In this document: positions 1 to 11,329 of the stretch, piece after piece
Layout of the letters: the number at the start of each line of letters is the position of its first letter
Position numbering within the stretch: the first letter of the stretch is position 1
Origin: Leucoraja erinacea
Lineage: Eukaryota
DNA length: 64,000 bases
Direction: 5' to 3'
Assembly (NCBI RefSeq): GCF_028641065.1
Contig: NC_073406.1
Coordinates: 5,766,001-5,830,000 of the forward strand
Notes under the pieces: generated by a model
What the model was told of the DNA's origin: nothing
Seen by the model: only the letters and a program-made list of their open reading frames with translations
Database searches by the model: none
Made by a program: the position numbers and the translations under genes

Positions 1-2448
1 TCAGTTTCACTGCTCTGTTGCGGTCCTTTTTTTTTTGTGGCTGAGTGCCTGTTTCCTTCTGCAACACTGGGCTGATCAGCCACCAGCGTATCAGCCCATC
101 AAACGCGTACACCCGCACAGTTACTGTATATCAATGGCCAAGTGAGATTTGCCCCGAAGATAAGGGATGGACAGAAGGTTAGAACTGCAGAAGGGGGAAT
201 CAGTGGGAAGAAGGTCAAGGAGATTAGGAGCAACAAGATCACACTTGGGTGTGAAAGCTCTGTTTGAAAATTTAAAATTGAATTCTTCGTTGAACCAGCA
301 ACCGATGTAGTTCAGCGTGGACTTAGCGCAGTGGATGAGCTGACAGCAGAACATTCGGAATATTTTAGAAGTAAGAATATGTGGACGTGGCTTGTATCAA
401 CAGGACAGTTGAGGCAGAGACAGTCAAGTGCTGTTGGGGAGGTCAGGGCAGGGGTCGAATAGGGGTTCAAACTGTATCCCTTCTTGGTTGCCATGTCTCT
501 GCTGCAGCCTGATGGAGGGTTGGAGTCTGCACCAGGGCAATGGTGTTGTGGAAGCAACTGAGGGGCAGTGGCTTTGGTGCTGGATTCGAGTGGACACGGA
601 AACCAACAGTCCTAATGTGACTGTGTGAGATCAAAGCCTCTCCTGACATGGCGATAGCTGGGGTACAGGGAGGAGGGGGGGGAGGGGTACGTGGGAAGTC
701 ACTGCAGTCTTTCGTGTGAAAGCACTGTGGTGGGGGGGGAGACACTAGAGGCTTGGCTGTGGAGTTCTGCAGATTGGGGAAGACATCTGAACTGTTGCCT
801 TGTTGGGGCAGAAGGGGATTGTAGCCAGGATTAGTTACCTGGCCAGATTTGGGGTGACTGCGCGCTCTGTGAAACTCTCTGAGGATTATGGAGGCAGGTT
901 ATTGGATTTAAGAGTTGAGGCCTTAGAAACTGCAGAAATGGGCTAGATTTTGTGAGGAGGGGTTGTGGTTTCACGAGGGAAGGGCTAGCAGAATGAAAGC
1001 GATGTATGGGAACAAGTGACAAGAGGTCCCATTTGAAGGGATCCTGGTTGTCACAGATGGACCCAACCATGGTTGCTCTTGGGATAATACAGTCTATGCT
1101 CCCACTGTCCCTTCCCAATGCTTCAAAAGGAGCACAACCCAGGGAATGACACATCCCATACATTGCTGAGGTGGAATTTATATTGGGGCCAGAACAGTGA
1201 TACTCACACAGAAATACCCTGGAGACATGAAACAACCTGGTAATCATGTTTCATCTGGAAAACTTAGCTTCAAGCGATTGAATTTCTGGGCAGGTGTGTT
1301 TATGTTCTACTGAAGGGCAAGCATGTTAGGACAGGTACAGGAATAACACTCTCGAAGCACATCAATGTGTGGCCTTGACAGGTGACATAACATCACCCTC
1401 AAGAAGCAGCTCGTCACGAGCTTCAGACGTGGTGACTGCTGTGTTTGATGAGGCAGGCGCTGACTCCAGCAGAGCCTGCGGTTATTACTCCAGTTTTTGC
1501 ATTTGAGAGAATGAACTGAAGAATAGAGACGGAAAATATCAAATCTGTTTAAAGTTCCTGACCTTCCATGGTGTTTATTTACTGAAGTGACACACCAGGT
1601 GAAAATGATTTCATTTTCAGCCTGCCCGTGACCCGACTTCTCCAGACTCGGCCGTTTGCTTATACATTGGATGTTGAGGCACAATTTTAAAAAAATTAGG
1701 GTCCGTAACTGAAGTTAACTGCCCTACCCTAGCAATTCTCCAAAGAATGCCGAATGAACAAATGTACTAAAGAAATAGGATAAACATTTTAATGCTGTGT
1801 GGCTCTTTATTCTAGTTTTCCATCACAAATTAGGAGGTTCGTGTCTCATCATTTGTGATGACTAATTAATTAGAGAATATCCACAATCCCTAACCTCCAC
1901 ACACATGCTGGCGGGGATATTTTTCTCCTTTGTAAGTGTGATTAAGAGGTGGTGGTCTTCTCCTGACCTTTCCCATAAGGCGTTTGTGAACAATTGGCTC
2001 CTATCTGGACTGGACTCTGTTCTGACGCCTCCACTGTTGTCAACATGCTCTGCATTTAGAATAAGGAGCAGAGGAGAGAACATCTGTGGAACACAGTAGA
2101 AAAGTGGGGAATGGGTAGTTGTGAAAATAAGGAAGGAACTAATTGTTAAACTAATCCAGTTCAGTATCGCACGTTATTACGATACAGTACGATTGAACTT
2201 TGATCTGCCAACAGTCATAAAAAAACACAAACACAAAATACATGAAATTAAAATGACGAATGACAAGTGAACATTAGTTTATATCAATAAATGAATGTTT
2301 AGGGGAATTAAAAAGTCCAAAAAAAGAGTTTAACACACCCATTAAAAGCCTATTATAAATTAATTACAAACTGTTATATCTGATGATTGTTATCGCCATG
2401 GTTACTAATGTTGGTTTTATTTCTTCCATATTAAACGTTTGCTCTCAG

Positions 2449-2574
2449 GCCTACTCGTTTCTGAACTTTGTAGTGAGATACAAACCTGAGGAGCAGCCCT
2501 CGCTTGAACCCCACCACGATGCCTCAACTTTCACTCTTAACGTAGCTCTAAACAAAGCAGGAGTTGATTATGAG
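2449..2574 (+). CDS. PLOD1: PLOD1 catalytic exon, upstream duplicate (copy A; candidate alternative exon)
   Basis: ctctcag|GCC...GAG|gtaaaa; 126 nt, phase 0/0; [42 protein letters not shown] with HxD; branch-point-like tactaat at 2403-2409. Confidence 0.8.
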
Positions 2575-2813
2575 GTAAAACCAGTTCAGACTCACTGGAG
2601 GAATTGCCTGTGATGATGGAGGAGCCTAAGGCCCAGGTGCAGGAGAGGTGCAAGGCCTGAACTCTCATGACAATGGAGATAGTTGAGGCCCAAGTGCAAA
2701 CACTCCCTGGGAACACAGGGCTTTGTAAGATGGGGTTTTGACCTCTATACCCAGTCCCTGCTCTTTAATGGATGCTGCATGGTATTGCTTCACACCCCTC
2801 TTCTTTCTTGCAG

Positions 2814-2939
2814 GCATTGTTTGACCTGGCCTTTATAGTTAGATATAAACCAGATGAACAGCCATCTTTAATGCCACATCATGATGCTTCCACTTTTACT
2901 GTAAACATTGCACTCAACAAGGTTGGAGTTGACTATCAG
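2814..2939 (+). CDS. PLOD1: PLOD1 catalytic exon, canonical copy B (human exon 18 equivalent)
   Basis: ttcttgcag|GCA...CAG|gtaagt; 126 nt; [42 protein letters not shown], nearly identical to recalled human LH1 ([26 protein letters not shown]). Confidence 0.95.
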
Positions 2940-4911
2940 GTAAGTTGTAAGTTGGCTGCGTGGGACGGGCCAATCTGATTCACTCCAGACACAAGTACGG
3001 AGCGTGTGTCATGGGCTGGTCGACAGGATCCTGCACTGGCTCTGAGATCAAGTATGGCTCTGACATTTACACTGACATTTACTGAGTGGTTTCCCTGCAA
3101 AGTCCTCAAGAGTGTGGTAAATTGATTCTTCCTCTTTGTTCTGATCTTGCATGTTTATCACTTTCTGAAGATGTGTTCGAGCTGTGGAATGTTCCAGATT
3201 CAGCGGGTGCATGGGTGATCTAATCATTAATGATCAGTGAAGATTGCCGTTTGATTATTCAACTAATGCTTATCTTTAATACTCTGGGGAAGGTAAGGAT
3301 GTGTCAAGATTCTGGCTTAGCTCATCAGAGGGACCAAACTGGTAGTTATTGATAGTGCATACAGCTGATTTATCATAAGCGAATGTTTATATAATTATTT
3401 GTAATAATTTTTACTAACGGGGAAATCTGAATCATGCTCCTGTTTCCAGTTGTGATATTTACATTGGGTTGTAACCCCAGAAGGGGGTCTCGAAACACAA
3501 AGTTATCAATAGAAAATGACCTCAATGTCTGGATGTTTTTACATGTAATGTTTAACTTAATTGCAGGTCTTCCTTTTCCAATCAATCCTGCCCGTTGTAC
3601 TCACATTTCCTACCTTAATTCAGACTTTGAAGTTGATCAGATGAACCTCCCCTACTCCTCTTCCCAAGGGTTTTGAGGAGAAAAAACAATAAAGTATTCT
3701 TGGATTTAATTCTGTTGATGTGGAATAGTTAGGGATCTAACTTCTGTCTTTCAGAGAGGGTCACAAAATACAGCCCTTCACCTGTTCAAATACGTCAGCC
3801 CTTCACCGGTTCATCTGAGTGAACATCTCAAAGAGAATATAAATCTGAGCTTGAAGTTTAAACAAAAATGTGAAAGCAAAAACTGTTGAAATTCACTTTT
3901 TAATAAAGGTGCAGTTTGTGAACCAGAGTATTCTAAGTTGAACGATAACTACTACACTTTGCTTTGCAAATTGCTGATCAGATGAATAATTTACCTATGA
4001 GTGGAAAAGAAATTTCTCAAGGAGAAAATTCATTTATTGCTATTGAAAGTTGCCAGTATAGTATCTGAATTTGAAGAGGGAATAAGTTGCGTACATCTGA
4101 TTGGATGTTTCTGTGTTAGGAAAGTTTGTAAAGGTTGATATTTGTCTTCTGCTCAATTTTACGAGTTGTTTTCACCACAGGTGAAGAATGAATGCTGGCA
4201 ATGCCTGTTTATTCATATGTCGAGGGCTAGACTAAACAATTATTCACAATTAAAGGGAAATTTGACTTGCAAATTTGAATTTCGACTCCACCTCTGGTTT
4301 AGAGCAGTGCAGCTGAAGATCCCGCCTCCTTTCAGCCAAGTCTATTCCCAACGCAATGTTCTGTAGACAGGACTTAATAATAACCTTTTTACCTTTGGAC
4401 CTCCATTCATGGTGAATGTTAATTTACTGCTTCCTTATCATTCTAATGTTGAGGATACATATAAACATATCCCAAGGTTCCCTCTTCACATTTGACTCTA
4501 TCCGGTCAGTTGCAGGAATACTGCATCCAGATTTTACTAGCAGTGTTAGCCCACAGAACTGACAGTGCCTTGAACACAAAGTGCTGGAGTAACTCAAAAC
4601 ATCACTATCCACGTCCCTAGAGATGCTGCCTCACGCGCTGAATGACTCCAGCACTTTGTAATCTACGCAAGATCCCGGCATCTACATGATTTAATGTGTA
4701 ACTGTGTCTTGAATTTTACTCTGTGTTCAATGTGTATGGCAGGACTGATTGCCCGAACAATGTATGACAGCAGTAAACATAGGCATATTTCCTGATATAT
4801 ATCCTTACCCTATCAACAGCAGGTTAGCGTAACAGATACCTAGTCCAAGTGTGACTTGGTCTGAAGTGGTGATATTGCTAATTAAGCTGATGGTCGTTCT
4901 GTCTTTTGCAG

Positions 4912-5067
4912 GGTGGTGGCTGCAGGTTCATCAGGTATAACTGTTCCGTTCAAGCTCCTCGGAAGGGCTGGGCCCTCCTGCACCCAGGACGACTGACTCA
5001 TTACCATGAGGGTCTTCCAACCACCAGCGGAACTCGATATATCGTTGTCTCTTTCGTTGACCCTTAA
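4912..5067 (+). CDS. PLOD1: PLOD1 last coding exon (lysyl hydroxylase 1 C-terminus)
   Basis: ttttgcag|GGT; [51 protein letters not shown] with distal Fe-binding His and 2-oxoglutarate-binding Arg; AATAAA at 5195-5200 and 6765-6770. Confidence 0.96.
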   Translation, partial: GGGCRFIRYNCSVQAPRKGWALLHPGRLTHYHEGLPTTSGTRYIVVSFVDP

Positions 5068-7169
5068 AGTGCTTACATCTGAGATCATGCAGCGGAAGTT
5101 ATTACAAATGTAATTTTGCAACAAACTTCAGCCTATTCTTCCTTAAGATATTACGGCAGGGGAAGCTCGTGTCCCTGCCCTGTACATAATGGTTAATAAA
5201 TTTCTTTAGGTGCTAAGTTCTAAGGGATAGTTGCAGCCGGTGTATTTGTCAGTTGTGAAAGTTAATATTGGAAAAATCAAATCCCATCTCAAATGACAGA
5301 AGTCCAGCCGATACAACAATACCATGTTCCATAGAAACCTGACTGTCCCAAGATCCTGGAGCTCACCACATCCCACACGGGTACTAACGAGGAGATCCTG
5401 GGGGCACAGGGCTACTCCATCTTGGAAGTAGAGATCTATCCTATCACATAATAGTCAGTGTCTTTCTAACTCAGGGATTTTGGAGATACAATTGCCCCAT
5501 CTCATAATAATCAGACAGGGTTACCTAGAATTCTCAAAGCAGACGCTACGCTTTCCATAGTAACTGGAGAGTTTGTAACCCACGGATGTTGGAGGTTTAA
5601 CTCTATGGCATCCCACTGTGGTTTGAGTTGGGTGGAATCAGTAGTTTTGGAGCTGGCAGGTTCCAGCTCTGCATCAGTCCTGGATTTCAGTCCCAGGTCT
5701 GTGCTACTGAACCATTACAGTCAAGAGTGAGAAGGGAGTGATTGCAATGACTTTGACCATGTGCCCACACAACATGCACATGTGGGGCCCATGGCTTGAC
5801 GGGTTAGAATCAGTTGTGACGTTTCAGTTTTTTTCGCTGACCTTTATGCTCTGAACATCTGTGGAGTAGAACAGTTGGTGAGGAACAAAAGTAAGGAGGG
5901 CAAACAAAAAGATTAGATTAGTACGGTTTGTAGCAATGGATGGCCAATGGGTCTGACTCCACAATTAACTGGTAGTTGGGATTTTAAAGTTTGACCAAAA
6001 CTAGCAGTACAGGAAAAGATGAACTACCTCTTCACACACATGATGTAAGAATGACAATACACTGCCTCATGGGCCACTACTGCAGAGCGTTTAAAAGGAA
6101 GAGTAGCTTGTGAAATGGTTAGATGTATGTGGGGAATTTGATTTTCTCTGTGTTGGATTGAACTGCCAAGCACTCTGCTAACTATCCCTCAGTAGAAACT
6201 TTGTGTTCGCTGCCTATAGACCCTCTGAATAATTGTTCTGTATTAATACAGTTTGAGAATATGTCAAGCATTTTGCATACCCAGTCCAATATTGCACCAT
6301 CTTGTTTTTGCCAGTTGCTCTCTAGCTTAGCTCCATTTATTACTGTCAAAGACTCATCACAATTATTTCCTTTTTTACTAGTATTTCCCATCACATAAAT
6401 CAGTTGTCTTATCTCTGAACAGACAAGTGTTTAAAAATTTAGTAACGGGCTCCCAACTTGGCACTGAAATGCTAGTGCCATCTACTTGCTGTGTTTACAG
6501 CTCCAGTATCCATGCAGTAAACACCCAGCCTGACTGGGAATTATTAGCTGTGCTAGGATTGTGGTTAATGGGAATTGGCGAGAATTGTAACGCCATTAAG
6601 AAAATTACAAATAAATGTGGGTGGACGGTAGAGGCAGATGGGGAAACCTTGCACACAAAACCTTGCAAGTATTGAATCTCCTGCATTCCAGTCAGAGATG
6701 GAAGGTTCTCTACAGGATGAACAGAAAGAACATTTGAGAAAATGTGGGTCCCATATAATGTCAAAATAAAAACTTTTATACTTTAACAAATTGGCTGTTA
6801 GCATTTTCTAAAAGTGTTTTATCTTGTATGTCTGCAATTGAATGGAATGATTGGCAATGAGTTATTCAAGCAGTTTATGTGCATGTTAATATTGCCGACG
6901 GACTGCCCACCCCAGTTTTGTGTTGGGAAGAATTTAAAATGAGAAACTGCTGTATAATATATAAATGGGAGAAACTGTCAGTTCCCATTTGAAAAATAAT
7001 TTTTAAAGTGTGTAGCTTAAGCTTGGTTTAATGGCATTAGCCATACATTCAGCATCCGCCTCAAACTGGTTACAAGAAGATACCTGTAATAATCGGCTTC
7101 CGTTTATCCGACTCAGCCGTTCCACATTTCTAGCTTTGAGCTCATTTCATCAGCCTTCCTACTAACTCA

Positions 7170-7960
7170 ATTAAGATCAGTCACAAAATCGGATGATGTG
7201 GAAAGACGCCGTTCGGCCCAACTCATTAATGCTGACCAGTGGGCATCCTTGCAAGTTAATTCCATGTCCTGGCATTTGGCCCAGACTTCTACGCCTGAAG
7301 TGATTCAAGTGTCTAGCTCATCCAGACACTTAAATGTCAGCAACTCAACTGCAACCACTCTCTGAGAGTGCATTCCAGGTTCTTATCACTCTCTGGGTGA
7401 AGATGGTCTTCCTCATATCCCCAATAAACCATTTTCCCCTAACCCTGAATCCCCCTTTTATAATTGTATCTATCTCTGATATGAGGGAAAGTTTCCTGGA
7501 ATTTCCTAAGTCTGTTTCCTTAATCATTTTATAAATTTCAACCTCCTCCGCTCCAAGGAGAGACCTAGATTCTCCAGTCCCTCGTTATAACTGAACGACA
7601 TCCTCTGAGGTACCATCCTGATAAATCTCCTCTCCAGAACATTTTTCTTACATGTTGACCAGAACTCTATGCAGTGCTCCGGCAGATGTCTGACCAAGGT
7701 TGGAACATAACCTTCCTACTTCTGTATTCAGTGAACATTGAAGGCCAGTATCCTTTTTCTTACTAACCATGTTATCTACCTGTGTTGCCACCCTCAGGAA
7801 TCAATCAACCTCTCCTAGGGTCCACAGACCATAAGGTCCAGCTTTTCCTCAATACCCCATGAGGCCTTCCATTCATGGTTATGTCCTAGCCTAATTAGTA
7901 CTACCAAAATGTACCACCTCGCATTTGTCTGCAGTGACCTCCATCTGACATTTCAACCCA
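7170..7960 (-). mobile_element. Degenerate CR1-type LINE 3' fragment
   Basis: Minus-strand translation ...FIGDMRKTIFTQRVIRTWNAL..., typical of the CR1 ORF2 C-terminus; boundaries approximate. Confidence 0.7.
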
Positions 7961-8227
7961 GCAAGATCATAGACATCTTCCTCGTCTGAGAGTAAACTTT
8001 GACACAACTTTGAGTGTTTCATGTTTTCAAAATTAAAATGAATCACCAAGATAAAGCTAAGTTAAAGGTTTAATGACTAAATGTCTTAATCATTTGCAGC
8101 TGTTTCATTCTTCATGCCAGACTTTATTTCCCAAACATCATTTGCTGCACTTTTAAGTACAACAGGGACCAGAAACATTCATGCCACACAAGGGCCGGGC
8201 ACTCACAATAATTAATATAACCATTGT

Positions 8228-8525
8228 GTTTAAGAAGGAACTGCAGATGCTGGAAAATCGAAGGTACACAAAAAAGCTGGAGAAACTCAGCGGGTATAGC
8301 AGCATCTATGGAGCAAAGGAAAAAGGCAACGTTTCGGGTCGAAACCCTTCTTCAGACCATTAATTAACTAATATAACCAACTTGGTTTTCAGTCTGAAGA
8401 AGGGCTCCGACCCGAAACGTCACCCATCCTTTTTCTCCTGATATGCTGCCTGACCCGCTGAGCTACTCCTGAACTTTGTGTCTATCTTCAGTATAAACCA
8501 GCATCTGCAGTTCATTTGTACACAA
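8228..8525. mobile_element. Inverted pair of short Penelope-type repeats with hammerhead-like cores
   Basis: aaggaactgcagatgctgg...gtttcgggtcgaaacccttcttcag followed by the opposite orientation ctgaagaagggctccgacccgaaacgtc...cagcatctgcagttc. Confidence 0.65.
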
Positions 8526-8554
8526 TACAACTACCTTGTTAGGATCATAGAATT

Positions 8555-9032
8555 GTTCCAGCACAGGAGCTCATTTCGCCCAGACTTTGTTCGCCGGGGT
8601 CGGAGCTCCAACTGGTGCGGCCTGAGGGCTACGAGTGCCCCGGTCTCTGGTCTCCGGGGAGGAGGCAGCCGCTCCAGACTTTCCAAGCCGCTTGAGGAAT
8701 TGTTTCACCCGACGCCAGAGTTCCATCATTCACGGCATGAGGGCCCTGAAAATCATCGGACTGGCTGCAAGGCCACAAATGGGCCCCAACCTCGGGTGTT
8801 TCAGAGGAAGAGGACTTAACTTTCTGATGCCTTTCCCCACAGTGGAAATTTTTGATTCTGCTGTGGGGGGACGTTTGTGTTGAACTCTATAATGTGTTGT
8901 GTCCATTTTCTTTATTTCTTTTGTTAACCTTTTCCTATGGTATGGAAACTTATTAGCTATTTTATGTAAAGCACTTTGGTGTCAATGCGAGTTGACTTAA
9001 AACGTGCTATATAAATAAAACTTACTTACTTA
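8555..9032 (+). mobile_element. Non-autonomous CpG-rich retroposon with L2-like 3' tail
   Basis: Ends tgtaaagcactttgg...gtgctatataaataaaa(ctta)n, similar to the 3' end of the L2 fragment at 31372-31640. Confidence 0.55.
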
Positions 9033-9410
9033 GGTGCAGTAAGCCATTTGGCCCAACGAGCCATTCAATGTGATCATGGCTGATCATCCCCAATCAGTAC
9101 CCCGTTCCTGCCTTCTCCCCATATCCCCAGACCCCGCTATCTTTAAGAGCCCTATCTAGCTCTCTCTTGAAAGCATCCAGAAAACCTGCCTCCACCAACC
9201 TGAGGCAGAGAATTCCACAGACTCACAACTCTGTGAGAAAAAGTGTTTCCTCGTCTCCATTCTAAATGGCTTACTCCTTATTCTTAAACTGTGGCCCCTG
9301 GTTCTGGACTCCCCAACATCGGGAACATGTTTCCTGCCTCTAGTGTGTTCAAGCCCTTAACAATCTTATATGTTTCAATGAGAAATCCCCCTCATCCTTC
9401 TAAACTCCAG
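9032..9410 (-). mobile_element. CR1/HER1-type LINE 3' end
   Basis: ccattcaatgtgatcatggctgatcatccccaatcagtaccccg..., recurring at 46820-47026, 50170-50355 and (opposite strand) 51150-51435. Confidence 0.7.
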
Positions 9411-9821
9411 GGTAGTAAAGAAGGCGTACGATATGCTTGCCTTCATTTCCAGGTTCAATTGCTCCAACTATCAGATTCTCAAACCGACCAATGCCACCTG
9501 AACCCTACCTTGCCAAAGGACCACCACTTGTGCCACCATGGGCTTGTTTTGTTTCGAATTGTATCTTGCATATATGTGCTGTGTTTTTTTTTTGCAGTCA
9601 TTTTTCTCTTTACTGCCGTGCAGAATTTTTTGGCATAATTTATGTTTTGTACGAGTCTGTGCCGGGGATGCTGATTCAAGCAAGATTTTTTAATTGTATT
9701 TATATCTCACTGTACTTGAACACATGACAATAAACTTGACTTTACTCATTACACTGTAGCGAGGGTCTTCGTTCTGCAGTGTGAAGAAGGATCCTGGCCC
9801 TGGATGTTGCCTATCCGTCCC

Positions 9822-10017
9822 CCACAGAGGCTGCCTGTCCCCTTGTCCACATAGGCTGCCTGACCCTTGTCTACATAGGCTGCCTGTCCCTTGTCCACAG
9901 AGGCTGCCCGTCCATTGTCCACATTGGCTGCCTGACCATTCACCACAGAGGCTGCCTGTCCATTCACCACAGGGGCTGCCTGTCCCTTGTCCACAGACAC
10001 TGCCTGACCATTGTCCT
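9822..10017. repeat. ~24-bp minisatellite, about 8 copies
   Basis: Unit approximately aggctgcctgtcccttgtccacag; an extra degenerate copy at ~10084-10108. Confidence 0.9.
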
Positions 10018-10154
10018 AGATCTAGATCTGGATGTAATACACTGAAAAGCTCCTGATAGAGCATCACTCAGCACTAATATCTATTGCCCACAGAGGCTGC
10101 CCGACCTGCTCTGTTCATAGACTCTGCTGCAGGATCTTTGGCTCTGTTCCTCCA

Positions 10155-10440
10155 TCACGTTCCCCGTGTCGCGGTGTGATGACGTGCACGCGTCGCTGGC
10201 GGATGACGCGACTGGCAGGCCCCGGCGTGAGGAGAAGCCGCTCGGGCAGCGGGAGGAGAGCAGCGGCCGCGGGCGGGACAACACCAGGTCAGGTCAGGCC
10301 CCGGCGGCCGAGCTGCGGCGCCAGCTGGACAAGCGGCTGCGTCCATAGCGCAAGCCTGACCCCGCGGCTCAGCTCGGGTTCGACCCTCGGGCAAGGTCAC
10401 GGGCATCGCCTCAGCCCGGAGCCCGGAGCCCGTAACCCGG
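10155..10440 (+). promoter_or_regulatory. MFN2: CpG island: probable MFN2 promoter and non-coding first exon
   Basis: Very GC- and CpG-rich, ~0.7-1 kb upstream of the first coding exon; TGACGT near 10180, CAAGGTCA at 10392-10399; runs into an N gap. Confidence 0.75.
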
Positions 10441-10599
10441 NNNNNNNNNNNNNNNNNNNNNNNNNNNNNNNNNNNNNNNNNNNNNNNNNNNNNNNNNNNN
10501 NNNNNNNNNNNNNNNNNNNNNNNNNNNNNNNNNNNNNNNNNNNNNNNNNNNNNNNNNNNNNNNNNNNNNNNNNNNNNNNNNNNNNNNNNNNNNNNNNNN
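10441..10599. other. Assembly gap (N run)
   Basis: Run of N between the CpG island and C-rich low-complexity sequence (10600-10826). Confidence 1.
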
Positions 10600-11154
10600 A
10601 CTCCCCACACACACCCCCCCACTCACCACTCCCCCTCCCCCTCCCTCACACCCCCCCCCCTCCCCTCACTCACCACCACTCACTCCCCCCCCTCCCCACC
10701 CCTCACCTCACCACTCCCCCCCCCCCCCCCTCCCCACTCACACACACACACTCCCCACTCACTTCACTCCCCTCCCCCTCCCCCTCCCCACTCACACCCC
10801 CCTCCCCACACACACCCCTCCCCTCCGCACTTAGTGTTTTGCTCTCAAGATTCCACCATATGCAGTCTCTTGTGTCCCCCTCCCCCCTCATCATGTACTG
10901 GCCACTGGCACTCCAGGTCCTGCCCCACATTTCACCCAACCCACCCCTCTTCCTCTCAACTTACCGCCTCTGGGTAATGTCCTTGAACCAACATGCCCTG
11001 CCAACCATGTCCTCTACTCCAATGTTAAATAAACCTTTGACTAGGACCTTTATCAATGTTTGTGCAAATAATCCGTTTTGTAATACTATTGGGAGTTTGA
11101 ATAGGTAATGCATATTCGGCTCTATGCTCATGGACCTCTCTGTCTTTCAGTGCC

Positions 11155-11329
11155 ATGTCTCTGATGTTCTCCCGCTCACACCCAGTTGTAATTGGTAAAA
11201 AAGACAAGCGCCTGATGGCTGAGGTTAACGCTTCACCGCTCAAACACTTTGTCACTGCTAAAAAGAAGATCAATGGAATCTTTGACCAGCTTGCATCCTA
11301 CATCAAGGAGAGTGCTACATTCCTCAAAG
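11155..11329 (+). CDS. MFN2: MFN2 coding exon 1
   Basis: ttcag|tgccATG; [58 protein letters not shown]; donor gtgggt. Confidence 0.97.

Noticed and set aside
1-1250. Short ORFs in the PLOD1 intron at the window start
   Set aside because: No recognisable domain or PLOD1 exon; probably decayed repeat sequence that I cannot classify.
2392-2405. X-box-like atcgccatggttac upstream of PLOD1 copy A
   Set aside because: Mismatched half-site with no promoter context; it overlaps the likely branch point.
2449-2574. PLOD1 copy A as an assembly duplication or dead pseudoexon
   Set aside because: High synonymous divergence with intact frame, splice sites and catalytic motif, and unrelated flanking introns, argue against both.
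9690-10067. Cys/Gly-rich repetitive ORFs (keratin-associated-like)
   Set aside because: Translations of the 24-bp minisatellite, open in several frames on both strands.
10155-11108. Long ORFs spanning the first N gap (likewise 40036-40948)
   Set aside because: Artefacts of N runs and low-complexity sequence.
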